Position numbers and translations under genes: made by a program. A model generated the notes under the pieces. It searched no databases. It saw only the letters and a program-made list of their open reading frames with translations, and had not been told where the DNA came from. Below, piece by piece: positions 9,045-16,845 of a stretch of DNA of 24,000 nucleotides (its first letter is position 1; each line of letters starts with the position of its first letter). Source of the stretch: Salinimicrobium xinjiangense DSM 19287 (lineage in GTDB: Bacteria > Bacteroidota > Bacteroidia > Flavobacteriales > Flavobacteriaceae); NCBI RefSeq assembly GCF_000423585.1, contig NZ_AUIG01000025.1, forward strand, positions 36,196 through 60,195, read 5' to 3'.

Positions 9045-10418
9045 TCAATCACAGGGTTCTATATTCTGGTTGATATGAAAGAAATTCTGTGGATCGTATT
9101 TCTTCTTGATCTGACCCAGACGTTTAAAGTTTGTACCATAAGAATCCTCCACTCTGCCGTCTTCCTCATTCATCATGAAGTTCACGTAAGCTCCCCCGGC
9201 TGCATATGGCATTAAATCCTGGTAATAATCTTTTGCCCACGCAGTGATCTCTTCAGCATCATCGGCTTCAGGTGAAACGCCTACAATGACCTGGGAATAT
9301 TTCGCCCCGCGGTTTGCCCAGGCGGTATCTTCAGAAGCTACATCATGAACGGCTCCATTAACAGGATAAAGGTGGGTTGTAGAATGAAAAGTAGGGATCT
9401 TAGATCCGTGTTCTATATTTACCCTGATGCTTTCATCAGTCAACTCCTTAATAAAATGGGCTTTCCAGTACCACTGTAATCCGCTGGGATAAAGATCATC
9501 AAACATGGTGTTCAGTGCCGGCATGGGAATTTCACTAACGAAATCCAGGATGGGCGGACCAAATTCCCTTATAGGTCTAAAAACTTCTTCAGCCTTTTCC
9601 ATAGGTCCCGTATAATTCCATACCACTCCGCAGACGTTTTTCATATGCAGCTCTTTGGGAAACGGATCTCCGGGAGGCACAATGAGAAAGGCAAAAAAAC
9701 CATAAAGGTCGTTGGACGCATTCTGCATGAGGTCATCATAAAAATTCATTGCCTCTCCGGCTTTTTCGAGAGGCCAGAACATTGGTCCTGCATATACATT
9801 TTTCACCGGAATGAGACTGAATGTAAAGGATACTACCACCCCAAAGTTTCCGCCGCCACCACGCAGCGCCCAGAAAAGATCTGGATTCTCATCTTTATTT
9901 GCTTTTACCAGTTCGCCTGAAGCCAGAACAACTTCGGCCTCGAGCAGGTGATCAATAGTTAAACCACCCTTGCGACTTAAATAACCTATTCCTCCTCCCA
10001 GGGTGATTCCGCCAATTCCGGTAGTCCCAATAATCCCACTTGGTAAAGCCAGTCCATGTTCATGAGTGGCCTTGTCAATTTCCCTAAGCATGTTACCCGG
10101 GGCAATGACAGCTGTACGGTTTTCGGGATCTACATGAATTTCCTTCATTTCAGAAAGATCAATTACCAGCCCATCCTCACACAGCGCAAGGCCTGCGCCG
10201 CTATGTCCTCCACTGCGAATTGATGCCTCCAGGTTATTTTCCCTGCCAAAGTTCACCGCCTGTATGACATCTTCTTTATCCCTGCACTTCAAAATTATAC
10301 CGGGATGTTTATCGATCATCCCGTTGTAGATCTTCCTGGCTTCATCATACTCCCCGTCCTGTGGTTGAATGATCCTGCCCTTAATACGGCTTTTCAGCTC
10401 TTCAATTTTTGCTTCCAT
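9045..10418 (-). CDS. FAD-linked oxidase of the VAO/BBE family
   Basis: 457 aa with an ATG start. The PCMH-type FAD domain has [10 protein letters not shown] (His at the usual covalent-flavinylation position) and [10 protein letters not shown]. The C-terminal BBE-like motif is YVNF...[24 protein letters not shown]. Confidence 0.85.
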   Translation of the reverse strand: MEAKIEELKSRIKGRIIQPQDGEYDEARKIYNGMIDKHPGIILKCRDKEDVIQAVNFGRENNLEASIRSGGHSGAGLALCEDGLVIDLSEMKEIHVDPENRTAVIAPGNMLREIDKATHEHGLALPSGIIGTTGIGGITLGGGIGYLSRKGGLTIDHLLEAEVVLASGELVKANKDENPDLFWALRGGGGNFGVVVSFTFSLIPVKNVYAGPMFWPLEKAGEAMNFYDDLMQNASNDLYGFFAFLIVPPGDPFPKELHMKNVCGVVWNYTGPMEKAEEVFRPIREFGPPILDFVSEIPMPALNTMFDDLYPSGLQWYWKAHFIKELTDESIRVNIEHGSKIPTFHSTTHLYPVNGAVHDVASEDTAWANRGAKYSQVIVGVSPEADDAEEITAWAKDYYQDLMPYAAGGAYVNFMMNEEDGRVEDSYGTNFKRLGQIKKKYDPQNFFHINQNIEPCD

Positions 10419-10438
10419 AATATTTTATTTTAATGATT

Positions 10439-10446
10439 CAACTATA
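10439..10446 (-). promoter_or_regulatory. Near-consensus -7 box TATAGTTG upstream of the FAD oxidase gene
   Basis: One mismatch to TAnnTTTG, 21 nt upstream of the ATG at 10418. Spacing matches the exact boxes elsewhere in the window. Confidence 0.25.
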
Positions 10447-10473
10447 ATTCAATGCTTTTCGGGGAATAGCATA

Positions 10474-10540
10474 ACCAGGTCCTGTGCTGTAGGCAGGTCT
10501 ATTCTTAATGAAAGGGAAGAATAGGACCAGGCAGGTTTGG
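10474..10540. repeat. Gene-less, decayed REP doublet related to the hairpins flanking the RAYT
   Basis: 10474-10500 (ACCAGGTCctgtgctgtaggcAGGTCT) shares the 8-nt and 6-nt ends, at identical 27-nt spacing, with left-REP positions 12093-12119. 10526-10540 (GACCaGGcAGGTTTG) matches the right-REP outer arm 12728-12742 (GACCtGGtAGGTTTG) at 13 of 15. The two halves pair through ggtctattctt/aagaataggacc (11 bp, one bulge). Confidence 0.45.
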
Positions 10541-10678
10541 AGAATAAGCTTTAGAAAAGGAATCTTCGTTTTCCTGCCCAGAAGCGGGAAGTTATGAATG
10601 AGGAATATTTACAGGGGTATGATTTCAGATCGGCCATGATGCAGTCTGAAAAAATCGAGGGGAATCTCTGAACAACCT

Positions 10679-10697
10679 GATTATCATATTGATAATC
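10679..10697. promoter_or_regulatory. 19-bp AT-rich palindrome GATTATCA-tat-TGATAATC, a candidate operator
   Basis: Perfect 8-bp arms with a 3-nt spacer, starting 41 nt past the P450 stop. It reads as NATWAT-like hexamers (GATTAT CATATT GATAAT). Function unknown. Confidence 0.25.
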
Positions 10698-10737
10698 AAA
10701 GTTTTAAAGGTAATAAATAAATCACAACGAAGCTTAA

Positions 10738-12066
10738 CTACCTTAAAATAAATTTCAGAATGGAATTTTTCGGCTTCAGGGTAATGAGCGGTTGAAATTC
10801 AATTTCAGTTTTACAGGAGGAGATCTCAAATCTGGAAACAAGCTCTGCCACAGTCAGTATCATCTCATACATGGCAAAATTATTTCCGATGCACATCCTG
10901 GGGCCGGCTCCAAAAGGATAATAACAGGAAGAATATTTTCTGGGATCTGTGAATCTTTCCGGATCAAATCTTTCCGGGTCCTCCCAGAGATCTTTATGCC
11001 GGTGGATCTCAAACATGGAAAAAAGCAAAGTAGAACCTTTCGGAATTTCCAATCCGTCAAAAACATCCTCTTCATTATTCAGCCGGTCGATAAAGTAGAC
11101 CGGAGGATATAACCTCATGGACTCTTCAATGACCATTTTAGTATAAGGGCAGGCCTGAATGAATTCGGCCAGGGAGTTTGTTTCCTGTTGTGCCTTTTTC
11201 ACCTCCTCCAGAATCCTCTCCTGTGCTCCCGGATGCTGTGCAAGAAGCTGGGCAGTGAAAGTAAGGGCATTTGAGGTGGTTTCATGACCTGCAGTGAAAA
11301 GGATGAGAATTTCATCTATCAGCTGCTCATTTTCCATACTGCTGCCATCCTCATATTTAGCATCCAGAAGCATATCGAGCAGGTCATCCTGCCTTTCTCC
11401 GGAAGTCCGTCTTTCCTCTATGAGTTTTCTCAGGATATCCCGGGCTTCATCTGTAAGATCTGTATGTTCTTTGATTTTTCCCGATAAACTGAACCACCAG
11501 CCAAGATATGGCTGTCTCAGTTCCCTGACCAGCATTTTCTGCGCGGCTTCTGTAATATATTGGAGCCGGTTGATCTCCTTCTGCCCTACCGCACTGCTAA
11601 ATAAAGATTTTACAACAGTTTGAAATGCAAGATCATTAAACACCGGAAAAATATCAACAGGCTTTCCGGTTTCAATTTTATTTAGCTCTGTTGTTATAGC
11701 CGCTTTGATGCTATTCAATAAGACAAGCAGTTGTTTTTTGTGAAAGGCGGGCTGGATGAGCTTGCGTTGCTTTCTCCAGTGCTCCCCTTCAGACGTCAGT
11801 AATCCTTTTCCAAGGTACTTCGCCATATCCCTTGTCTGAATCGTGGTTTTGGAAAAGTTTTTATGATTTTTCTGAAGTGCATATTGGGCAAAAGCGGCAT
11901 TCCGGGAAAAGATCACCGAGCTACCCGGACCAATTTTTAATCGGAAAATATCGCCCAGTTTTTGAAATTTCTTATTATGAAAGATCAGCGGATTCTCGAG
12001 GATACGCAGGGAATTTTTGTAAAATTCCCAGGCCGGTACTGTGGGTATGGCTTTGATGTTTTTCAT
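10738..12066 (-). CDS. Cytochrome P450 monooxygenase
   Basis: 442 aa with an ATG start. The Cys-ligand loop is FGAGPRMCIGNNFA. The I-helix is AGHETTS. The ExxR motif is EESMRLYPP. Confidence 0.92.
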   Translation of the reverse strand: MKNIKAIPTVPAWEFYKNSLRILENPLIFHNKKFQKLGDIFRLKIGPGSSVIFSRNAAFAQYALQKNHKNFSKTTIQTRDMAKYLGKGLLTSEGEHWRKQRKLIQPAFHKKQLLVLLNSIKAAITTELNKIETGKPVDIFPVFNDLAFQTVVKSLFSSAVGQKEINRLQYITEAAQKMLVRELRQPYLGWWFSLSGKIKEHTDLTDEARDILRKLIEERRTSGERQDDLLDMLLDAKYEDGSSMENEQLIDEILILFTAGHETTSNALTFTAQLLAQHPGAQERILEEVKKAQQETNSLAEFIQACPYTKMVIEESMRLYPPVYFIDRLNNEEDVFDGLEIPKGSTLLFSMFEIHRHKDLWEDPERFDPERFTDPRKYSSCYYPFGAGPRMCIGNNFAMYEMILTVAELVSRFEISSCKTEIEFQPLITLKPKNSILKFILR

Positions 12067-12086
12067 TATCTTTCTTCGCCTCTTTT

Positions 12087-12119
12087 AGACCTACCAGGTC
12101 TTTGTGACCTGTTAGGTCT
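12087..12119. repeat. REP hairpin, downstream flank of the RAYT
   Basis: agacctaccaggtc-tttgt-gacctgttaggtct has 14-bp arms with one conserved mismatch. It contains the RAYT stop codon (12112-12114). Confidence 0.65.
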
Positions 12120-12696
12120 GGTCCTGCAGGAAATCATTTAAATATTTAGTGTTTAATCTTCTTTCATCATGCCAATGCTCAAAAATTTCAGAGTCAATAA
12201 GGGAAAATATATAACTGGTCTCTATTTTGGATGGTTTGGCACCGATATACGCCTGAAAAGAAGAAAATTTATAATTTTTATGATCTTCAACAAAGCCATG
12301 TTGTACAGGATTTAAATGAATATAGGCAATTAATTGAATAAGATACTTCTCATCACCAACCCTTTTTCTTTTGAAATGTTCCTGAAAGAGGCTGCCGGTT
12401 CTGTTGTACTTTTTATTTATTCCTTTTGTATAGGCATTAAAGAAATTAGAAAATGGAAGATGAGTCTTATCCTGATGGGTGGGTGAAAGTTCTTCTTTTT
12501 CTTTGATCTTTAGAAGTAAGTGAAAATGTTTGCCTAATAAACAGTAAGCATAGATATCACAAACAGGCAATAAATGAGTCCGGATTAATTTTAAAAAATA
12601 ATAATAATTTTCCTCCTCTTTAAATATATCCTCCTTATTATTTCCCCGATTGAAAATATGGTAGGTTGCTCCCGGTTCTAAAACATCCTGCTTCAT
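12112..12696 (-). CDS. REP-associated tyrosine transposase (RAYT; IS200/IS605-like Y1 HUH transposase family)
   Basis: 194 aa with an ATG start. N-terminal YHIFNRGNNKEDIF. The HUH motif sits in GKHFHLLL. The catalytic-Tyr helix is LIAYIHLNPVQHGFV. There is no TnpB partner gene. Confidence 0.8.
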   Translation of the reverse strand: MKQDVLEPGATYHIFNRGNNKEDIFKEEENYYYFLKLIRTHLLPVCDIYAYCLLGKHFHLLLKIKEKEELSPTHQDKTHLPFSNFFNAYTKGINKKYNRTGSLFQEHFKRKRVGDEKYLIQLIAYIHLNPVQHGFVEDHKNYKFSSFQAYIGAKPSKIETSYIFSLIDSEIFEHWHDERRLNTKYLNDFLQDQT

Positions 12697-12708
12697 AGCT
12701 TTAGTTCA

Positions 12709-12741
12709 AAACCTAACAGGTCTTGGAGACCTGGTAGGTTT
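12709..12741. repeat. REP hairpin, upstream flank of the RAYT
   Basis: aaacctaacaggtct-tgg-agacctggtaggttt has 15-bp arms with the same single mismatch as the other copy. It is the reverse complement of the 12087-12119 element apart from the loop and terminal bases. It lies 7 nt past the ruvB stop. Confidence 0.65.
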
Positions 12742-12747
12742 GCAATC

Positions 12748-13770
12748 TTAAAACAACCCTCCCTGAATGCCGCCTCTCACCCTTCCCAGGTGTTTGTATG
12801 CAGCCTCGGTAACTTCGCGGCCGCGGGGAGTCCTTTGTATAAAACCCTGCTGAATTAAAAATGGTTCATAGACCTCTTCGATAGTTTCGGCACTTTCACT
12901 CACTGCAGTGGCAAGGGTTGTAATTCCCACAGGACCACCTTTGAATTTGTCGATGATGGTGGTGAGGATCTTGTTGTCCATCTCATCCAGGCCATGGGCA
13001 TCTACGTTTAATGCTTTAAGGCTGTACTTTGCAATTTCGATGTCTATACTACCATTCCCTTTGATCTGGGCGAAATCCCGCACCCTTCTTAAAAGGGCAT
13101 TTGCAATACGAGGTGTTCCGCGGCTGCGACCGGCGATCTCAATAGCCGCCTCCATTGTAATTGGCACCTTTAGGATCTGCGCACTACGTTGAACAATATC
13201 TGAAAGCAGTTCAGTGGTGTAATATTCTAACCGGCTGGAAATTCCGAAGCGGGCACGCATAGGTGCGGTTAACAATCCGCTGCGGGTGGTGGCACCTATG
13301 AGAGTGAATGGATTTAGATTGATCTGCACAGAACGGGCATTGGGCCCTGTTTCGATCATGATATCGATCTTATAATCTTCCATTGCCGAGTAGAGATATT
13401 CTTCTACCACGGCACTCAGCCGGTGGATCTCGTCTATGAAAAGTACATCCCTTTCATCAAGATTGGTGAGCAGCCCTGCGAGATCTCCGGGTTTATCCAG
13501 TACCGGACCTGAAGTTACTTTAATACCTACTCCCAGTTCATTGGCAAGGATATGTGCCAAAGTTGTTTTTCCTAATCCGGGAGGCCCGTGAAACAGCGTA
13601 TGATCAAGGGCTTCTCCCCGACGGTTGGCAGCCTCGACAAAAACCTTCAGGTTATCCAAAACCTGATCCTGACCTGCAAAATCATCAAATTCGAGAGGCC
13701 GTAATGCTCTTTCGATGTCCAGTTCTTCCGAAGAGAAATTTTCGCCGGTAGGATCAAGGTTTTCATTCAT
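12748..13770 (-). CDS. ruvB: Holliday junction DNA helicase RuvB
   Basis: 340 aa with an ATG start. Walker A is [11 protein letters not shown] and Walker B is [10 protein letters not shown]. Typical RuvB C-terminal winged helix ([11 protein letters not shown]). Confidence 0.96.
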   Translation of the reverse strand: MNENLDPTGENFSSEELDIERALRPLEFDDFAGQDQVLDNLKVFVEAANRRGEALDHTLFHGPPGLGKTTLAHILANELGVGIKVTSGPVLDKPGDLAGLLTNLDERDVLFIDEIHRLSAVVEEYLYSAMEDYKIDIMIETGPNARSVQINLNPFTLIGATTRSGLLTAPMRARFGISSRLEYYTTELLSDIVQRSAQILKVPITMEAAIEIAGRSRGTPRIANALLRRVRDFAQIKGNGSIDIEIAKYSLKALNVDAHGLDEMDNKILTTIIDKFKGGPVGITTLATAVSESAETIEEVYEPFLIQQGFIQRTPRGREVTEAAYKHLGRVRGGIQGGLF

Positions 13771-13788
13771 ATGGAAGGATTAAAGAAA

Positions 13789-13796
13789 CAAAGATA
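13789..13796 (-). promoter_or_regulatory. -7 box TATCTTTG upstream of ruvB
   Basis: Exact TAnnTTTG match 19 nt upstream of the ruvB ATG, directly after the operon terminator. Confidence 0.4.
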
Positions 13797-13801
13797 AAAG
13801 A

Positions 13802-13833
13802 AAAAGCCTTTTCATGGGGATGAAAAGGCTTTT
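13802..13833 (-). terminator. Rho-independent terminator ending the ACIII-cox operon
   Basis: Perfect 14-bp stem aaaagccttttcat/atgaaaaggctttt with a gggg loop, 21 nt past the ctaD stop. A T-rich tract (tcttttatctttgttt) follows on the minus strand. Confidence 0.75.
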
Positions 13834-13853
13834 AGATATAAGCTGATCAGAAC

Positions 13854-15674
13854 TTAATGATTAAGCTCTTCTTCGTCTTTTTGAAGTGGGACGTCTTGTG
13901 GTACAAAATCCTGTCCTGCAATGACATATTCCCCGTTTTCATTTGTCTTACTGTAATCGTATGGCCAACGATAAACATGTGGAATAGCACCCGGCCAGTT
14001 TCCGTGGATTGGTTCCACCGGTGTAGTCCATTCAAGAGAGTTGGAATTCCATGGGTTTGCTGTGGCTTTCTTGCCCGCAAATATGGAATGAATGAAGTTG
14101 TAAAGGAACACCAGTTGTACCAGAGCAGTGATAATGGCAAACACGGTGATCACCACATTGATCTCCAAAAGGTCATCAAAGTACGGGAAAGCAGTGTTGT
14201 CATAGTATCTTCTTGGAAGTCCTGCCATACCCACAAAGTGCATTGGGAAGAACACTCCGTAGGCTCCAATGATGGTGATCCAGAAGTGGACATATCCCAT
14301 GTTCTTGTTCATCATACGCCCGAACATTTTAGGGAACCAGTGGTAGATCCCTGCAAACATTCCGTAGAGGGCAGAAATACCCATTACGAGGTGGAAGTGA
14401 GCAACAACAAAATAAGTATCGTGAACATTAATATCAAGTGTACTATCTCCAAGCACGATCCCTGTCAAACCTCCTGTGATAAAGGTAGAAACAAAACCAA
14501 TAGAGAACAGCATTGAAGGATTCATTTGAAGATTTCCTTTCCAGATGGTCGTGATCCAGTTAAAGGCTTTAACTGCCGAAGGAATCGCGATCAATAAGGT
14601 TGTAAAGGTAAACACAGATCCAAGGAACGGGTTCATTCCCGATACGAACATGTGGTGACCCCATACAATGGTTGAAAGAAAAGCAATACCAAGAATAGAG
14701 GCGATCATCGCACGGTATCCAAAAATAGGTTTTCTGGAGTTCGTCGCCAGGATCTCTGATGCGATACCCATGGCAGGAAGTATTACAATATAAACTTCGG
14801 GGTGTCCAAGGAACCAGAACAGGTGTTCAAAAAGAATAGGAGAACCTCCCTGATAGTGTAACACTTCACCTCCAATGAAAATATCACTTAGGAAGAAAGA
14901 TGTTCCGAAGCTTCTGTCCATGATAAGCATCAAAGCTGCCGATAAAAGAACGGGAAAGGAAACTACCCCGATAATAGCTGTAACGAAAAGTGCCCAGATC
15001 GTCAATGGCAAACGCGTCATCGACATTCCCTTTGTTCTAAGGTTGATCACGGTAACAATGTAGTTAAGTGATCCAAGAAGAGAGGAAGCGATAAAGATGG
15101 CCATAGAAACCAACCACAGTGTCATTCCCAATCCAGATCCTCCTATAGCCTGTGGCAGTGCACTAAGAGGCGGATAAATTGTCCAACCTGCAGAAGCCGG
15201 TCCCGATTCAACAAAAAGAGACCCGAGCATGATCACACAGGAAATAAAGAACAACCAGTAAGACAGCATGTTCATAAAACCTGAAGCCATATCCCGTGCT
15301 CCAATTTGAAGAGGAATAAGAAGGTTACTAAAGGTACCACTCAAACCCTGAGTAAGTACAAAGAATACCATGATTGTACCGTGGATGGTAACAAGAGCCA
15401 GATAGACCTCCTGGCTCATCACTCCTCCCGGAGCCCATTTTCCAAGGAAAAGCTCAAATATTTTAAATGATTCAGCCGGCCATGCAAGTTGCATACGGAA
15501 GAGAACAGACATCCCAATCCCGATGATCCCCATGAAAAGCGCGGTAAAAAGGTATTGCTTGGCAATAACCTTATGATCCATGCTGAATATATATTTTGTA
15601 AAGAAATTACCCTCATCATGGTGGTGATCATCATGAGCGTGTTCATTAACTGGTACGTGTCCTAATGCTGACAT
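13854..15674 (-). CDS. ctaD: Cytochrome c oxidase (aa3-type heme-copper oxidase) subunit I
   Basis: 606 aa and polytopic. WFLGHPEVYIVILPAMG is the subunit I signature. N-terminus is His-rich (HVPVNEHAHDDHHHDEG). Confidence 0.95.
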   Translation of the reverse strand: MSALGHVPVNEHAHDDHHHDEGNFFTKYIFSMDHKVIAKQYLFTALFMGIIGIGMSVLFRMQLAWPAESFKIFELFLGKWAPGGVMSQEVYLALVTIHGTIMVFFVLTQGLSGTFSNLLIPLQIGARDMASGFMNMLSYWLFFISCVIMLGSLFVESGPASAGWTIYPPLSALPQAIGGSGLGMTLWLVSMAIFIASSLLGSLNYIVTVINLRTKGMSMTRLPLTIWALFVTAIIGVVSFPVLLSAALMLIMDRSFGTSFFLSDIFIGGEVLHYQGGSPILFEHLFWFLGHPEVYIVILPAMGIASEILATNSRKPIFGYRAMIASILGIAFLSTIVWGHHMFVSGMNPFLGSVFTFTTLLIAIPSAVKAFNWITTIWKGNLQMNPSMLFSIGFVSTFITGGLTGIVLGDSTLDINVHDTYFVVAHFHLVMGISALYGMFAGIYHWFPKMFGRMMNKNMGYVHFWITIIGAYGVFFPMHFVGMAGLPRRYYDNTAFPYFDDLLEINVVITVFAIITALVQLVFLYNFIHSIFAGKKATANPWNSNSLEWTTPVEPIHGNWPGAIPHVYRWPYDYSKTNENGEYVIAGQDFVPQDVPLQKDEEELNH

Positions 15675-15694
15675 ATTTCTTTATTCTTAACTTA

Positions 15695-16819
15695 TTAATT
15701 TTCTACCTGTGCTACCTCTGCTCCACTTACAGCAGACTTTCTTGACGCTGTCGCAGACTGCATTGTCTCGCTGTACTCCTTTTGAGTCGCCATCCATTCA
15801 TTAAATTCTGCTTCGGTTTCAACAACAACTTTCATTTGCATGTTGTAGTGAGCAACCCCACAGATCTTGTTACATAACAGGTAATATTCGAACTGTTCAT
15901 ATTCTTCCAGCGGTTCTTCCCCCGCGGCCAACAGTGCCTGACTGTTTTCTTTTCTAATATCATTGATCCTCGCCACCTTATCTCTCATGTACTCCGTCTC
16001 ATTAATTTCTTCGGTAGTAACAGTAGGAGTGAAGGCAAACTGAGTAACCATTCCCGGAACCACATTCATTTGTGCTCTAAAGTGAGGGAAATAAGCTGAG
16101 TGAAGCACATCCTGAGATCTCATTTTGAAGACTACCGGCCTGTTCACAGGTAAATGTATCTCTGCCGTAATTACATCATCCATAGCATAAGGATCGCTTT
16201 CATCCACTCCAATGGTGTTAGCTCCTTCTATAAATCTTACGTTAGCCTTACCAAGAACATTGTCCTGTCCCGCATAACGCGCCTGCCAGCTAAACTGCTT
16301 GGCATAAAGTTCAATAACAATTGGATCATCCTCCTCATTAATATCCATAATATCACTCCAGGTGAAGAGTCCGTAAATGATCAATCCGGCCAGTACGATT
16401 ACCGGAATGATTGTCCAGACGAATTCCAGCTTATCATTATCTGCAAAGAATAATGCTTTGTTCCCTTTTTTCCCTTTGTATTTAAAGGCAAAATAATGAA
16501 GAAGACCCTGGGTGATCACCTGTACGAACATAATTACCGCCATAGTTAGCAATAAAAGATTGTCGTAATCTACTCCATGTTCTGAAGAAGCGGCAGGTAA
16601 AGCTCTGTCTCCAAAGGCCCAGAAATTATATAGCATGAAGATGTAAAAGGCGATTCCAAATGCCAGCATGAGGTTCCCCTGCATTCTGTTATCCTTATCA
16701 CTTGCTATTTGCGAATCATCAAGAGATTGAGTACTCCTTGACAATTGAAAGATCCTGCTTAGTTGCCAGAGCGTTATCGCAAATAATGCTACTACTATAA
16801 TTATTAAAAATACTGTCAT
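15695..16819 (-). CDS. ctaC: Cytochrome c oxidase subunit II
   Basis: Two N-terminal TM helices. HSAYFPHFRAQMNVVPG. The CuA ligand pattern is CNKICGVAHYNM (C-x3-C-x3-H-x2-M). Confidence 0.9.
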   Translation of the reverse strand: MTVFLIIIVVALFAITLWQLSRIFQLSRSTQSLDDSQIASDKDNRMQGNLMLAFGIAFYIFMLYNFWAFGDRALPAASSEHGVDYDNLLLLTMAVIMFVQVITQGLLHYFAFKYKGKKGNKALFFADNDKLEFVWTIIPVIVLAGLIIYGLFTWSDIMDINEEDDPIVIELYAKQFSWQARYAGQDNVLGKANVRFIEGANTIGVDESDPYAMDDVITAEIHLPVNRPVVFKMRSQDVLHSAYFPHFRAQMNVVPGMVTQFAFTPTVTTEEINETEYMRDKVARINDIRKENSQALLAAGEEPLEEYEQFEYYLLCNKICGVAHYNMQMKVVVETEAEFNEWMATQKEYSETMQSATASRKSAVSGAEVAQVEN

Positions 16820-16845
16820 TTTATTTTTTCTCTTTAAACAATCTT

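Larger units (their letters stand above)
12087..12741 (-). mobile_element. REP-RAYT-REP unit (domesticated HUH/Y1 transposase with flanking inverted REPs)
   Basis: The two flanking hairpins are inverted copies of each other and enclose one IS200-like Y1 transposase ORF. The interior looks AT-richer than its neighbours, judged by eye and not computed. Confidence 0.65.

Noticed and set aside
10496-10528. Bulged 11-bp hairpin considered as the P450 terminator
   Set aside because: It lies more than 200 nt from the P450 stop with no U-tract on the minus strand. It is better explained as pairing between the two REP-derived halves.
10594-10671. 25-codon ATG ORF (MNEEYLQGYDFRSAMMQSEKIEGNL) on the plus strand in the long spacer, plus two 20-28 codon minus-strand mini-ORFs
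   Set aside because: There is no promoter box, conservation evidence or recognisable peptide. Such ORFs are expected by chance in 318 bp.
10650-10700. Superficial resemblance of ctctgaacaacctgattatcat to the TPP-riboswitch core (CUGAGA...ACCUGAUCUGGAUAAU)
   Set aside because: The conserved CUGAGA is not present. The pairing partners are missing. The orientation has no downstream gene on that strand.
13857-14516. 219-aa plus-strand ORF antisense to ctaD, and the 97-aa minus alternative frame at 13847-14140
   Set aside because: A long antisense frame is expected opposite a biased membrane-protein gene. The translation has no recognisable domain, and the region is fully explained by ctaD.
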